DNA of 64,000 nucleotides, taken from Podarcis gaigeae. Taxonomy: Eukaryota. The stretch's first letter is position 1, and every line of letters starts with the position of its first letter. Below, piece after piece: positions 62,738-64,000 of the stretch. A program made the position numbers and the translations under genes. The DNA lies in NCBI GenBank assembly GCA_964106915.2, contig OZ066920.1. The stretch is one strand, 5' to 3'. Under the pieces are notes generated by a model. It saw only the letters and a program-made list of their open reading frames with translations. It searched no databases and was not told the origin of the DNA.

Positions 62738-63170
62738 TACGTAAGTATATAAGAAGAGCCCCCCAGATCAGGCCAGTGGTCCAGGTAACCCACTATCCTG
62801 TTCTCCCAGTGACTAACTAGAAACCTATGGGAAGTGTGTGAGCAGGACCTGAGTGCCGCACTGCTCTTTCCTCTCCCAGCAACTGGTGTGCAGAGGCACA
62901 ACATATTCATCCTGCCTAGTAACCACTGTTAGCCTTCCCCGCTTTGAATTTGTCTAATCTTCTTTTGAAGACATCCAAGTTGGTGACCATCACTACCTCT
63001 TGTGGAAGTTCGTTCCTGTGCACTGCGAGAAGAAGTATTTCCTTTTGTCTGTTCTGACTCTTCCAGCCTTCAGCTTCTTTGGATGCTCCTGTGTTCTAGT
63101 ATTTTGAAAGAGGGAGAAAAACCTCCCTCTCCACTTTCTTCTTTCCATGCAAAATTTAACACACCTCTAT
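62738..63170 (-). mobile_element. CR1 LINE 3' fragment
   Basis: Same family as the copies at 9051 and 22501. Confidence 0.72.
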
Positions 63171-64000
63171 AGTGTCCTCCCCTAGAAGAACAGTGACCTG
63201 TGACATAAAGATCTGTGCTTGGAGAAATTCATTCTGAGCATCGTCAGTGGTACTGTTCTTCCATTTGTAGAATGGCTGCACATCAGGGGGATAGATATCT
63301 GATGGAGCTCTAGGGTGGCATTCTGTGATAGCAATGGAACATTGTGGTAAGGGTGGCTTAAATGTTGTTCTGCTTTGGAGCTTAAGACTTCACTCCACTA
63401 GATGTCAGTCTAAGCAAGGTAATCCTAACACAGAGACTTTCCTGCTCCCTGCTCTTGTTGATGGCATGCAAAGGATGCAAAGGATGGCATGCTGCAGAAG
63501 ACCAGAAGATAAAAGGGGAGGAGTGTAAGGAAAGAGGTACTCCTAGGGTACCCAGAACTCAAGCAATTTAATTCTTGGACATGGAAAGAACTGAAAGCAT
63601 GGATGAGGCAGAATAGGAAGTCTGTTTTCAAGAGGCATGCTTCAGAATTCTGCACCAGCTGCAGCTTCTACCCTTTCTTCAAATGCAGCTTCATGCAGAA
63701 TGTGTTACATTAGTCAAGGGGTCCCCAACATGGGCATAGCCAGGATTTATTTTGCGGGGGCAGACTTTATATTGGGGTGGGACAGAAACAAATTATCTGT
63801 GATGAAATTAGTCAGTTTAGTATTTTTATTTATTTACTTGATTTGGGGTGGTAGCAGCCCCCCTGCCCTCTGGCTATGTATTTGATCTTTGTGTTTGAGC
63901 TTATTATACATATTCCCTACAACATGGAAGATTACTAACTTGTAGAAATATCAGCACTGGGGTGTCTTTAAGATTTTGATCAGCAACAATGATGGAAGAC

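Overview
This is vertebrate genomic DNA, almost certainly from a squamate and probably a lacertid lizard, judged from the Sauria-type SINEs. It carries the conserved NPC1-RMC1(C18orf8)-RIOK3-TMEM241 syntenic block. Genes resolved exon by exon from splice signals, frame continuity and recalled protein similarity: NPC1 exons 10-25 (+, 5'-partial, 46-14336); complete RMC1 (-, 20 exons, 660 aa, 14891-39525); complete RIOK3 (-, 13 exons, 522 aa, 44751-56231); and the first three coding exons of TMEM241/SLC35D4 (+, from 58121). Introns hold a degenerate DIRS1-type tyrosine-recombinase retrotransposon with intact terminal architecture, Sauria and Squam3-like SINEs, CR1/L2 fragments, hAT and Tigger-like MITEs, a Penelope-derived palindrome and microsatellites. 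I found no clearly new biological system. The best leads are: tail-to-tail NPC1/RMC1 3'UTR overlap within a cluster of lysosomal cholesterol-egress genes; three non-standard RMC1 introns (one U12-type, two GC-AG); a triplicated RIOK3 exon 8 donor whose extra copies would introduce a premature stop; stacked uORFs before TMEM241; and the DIRS ITR/ICR structure. Exon numbers, human comparisons and repeat family names come from memory, not from searches.
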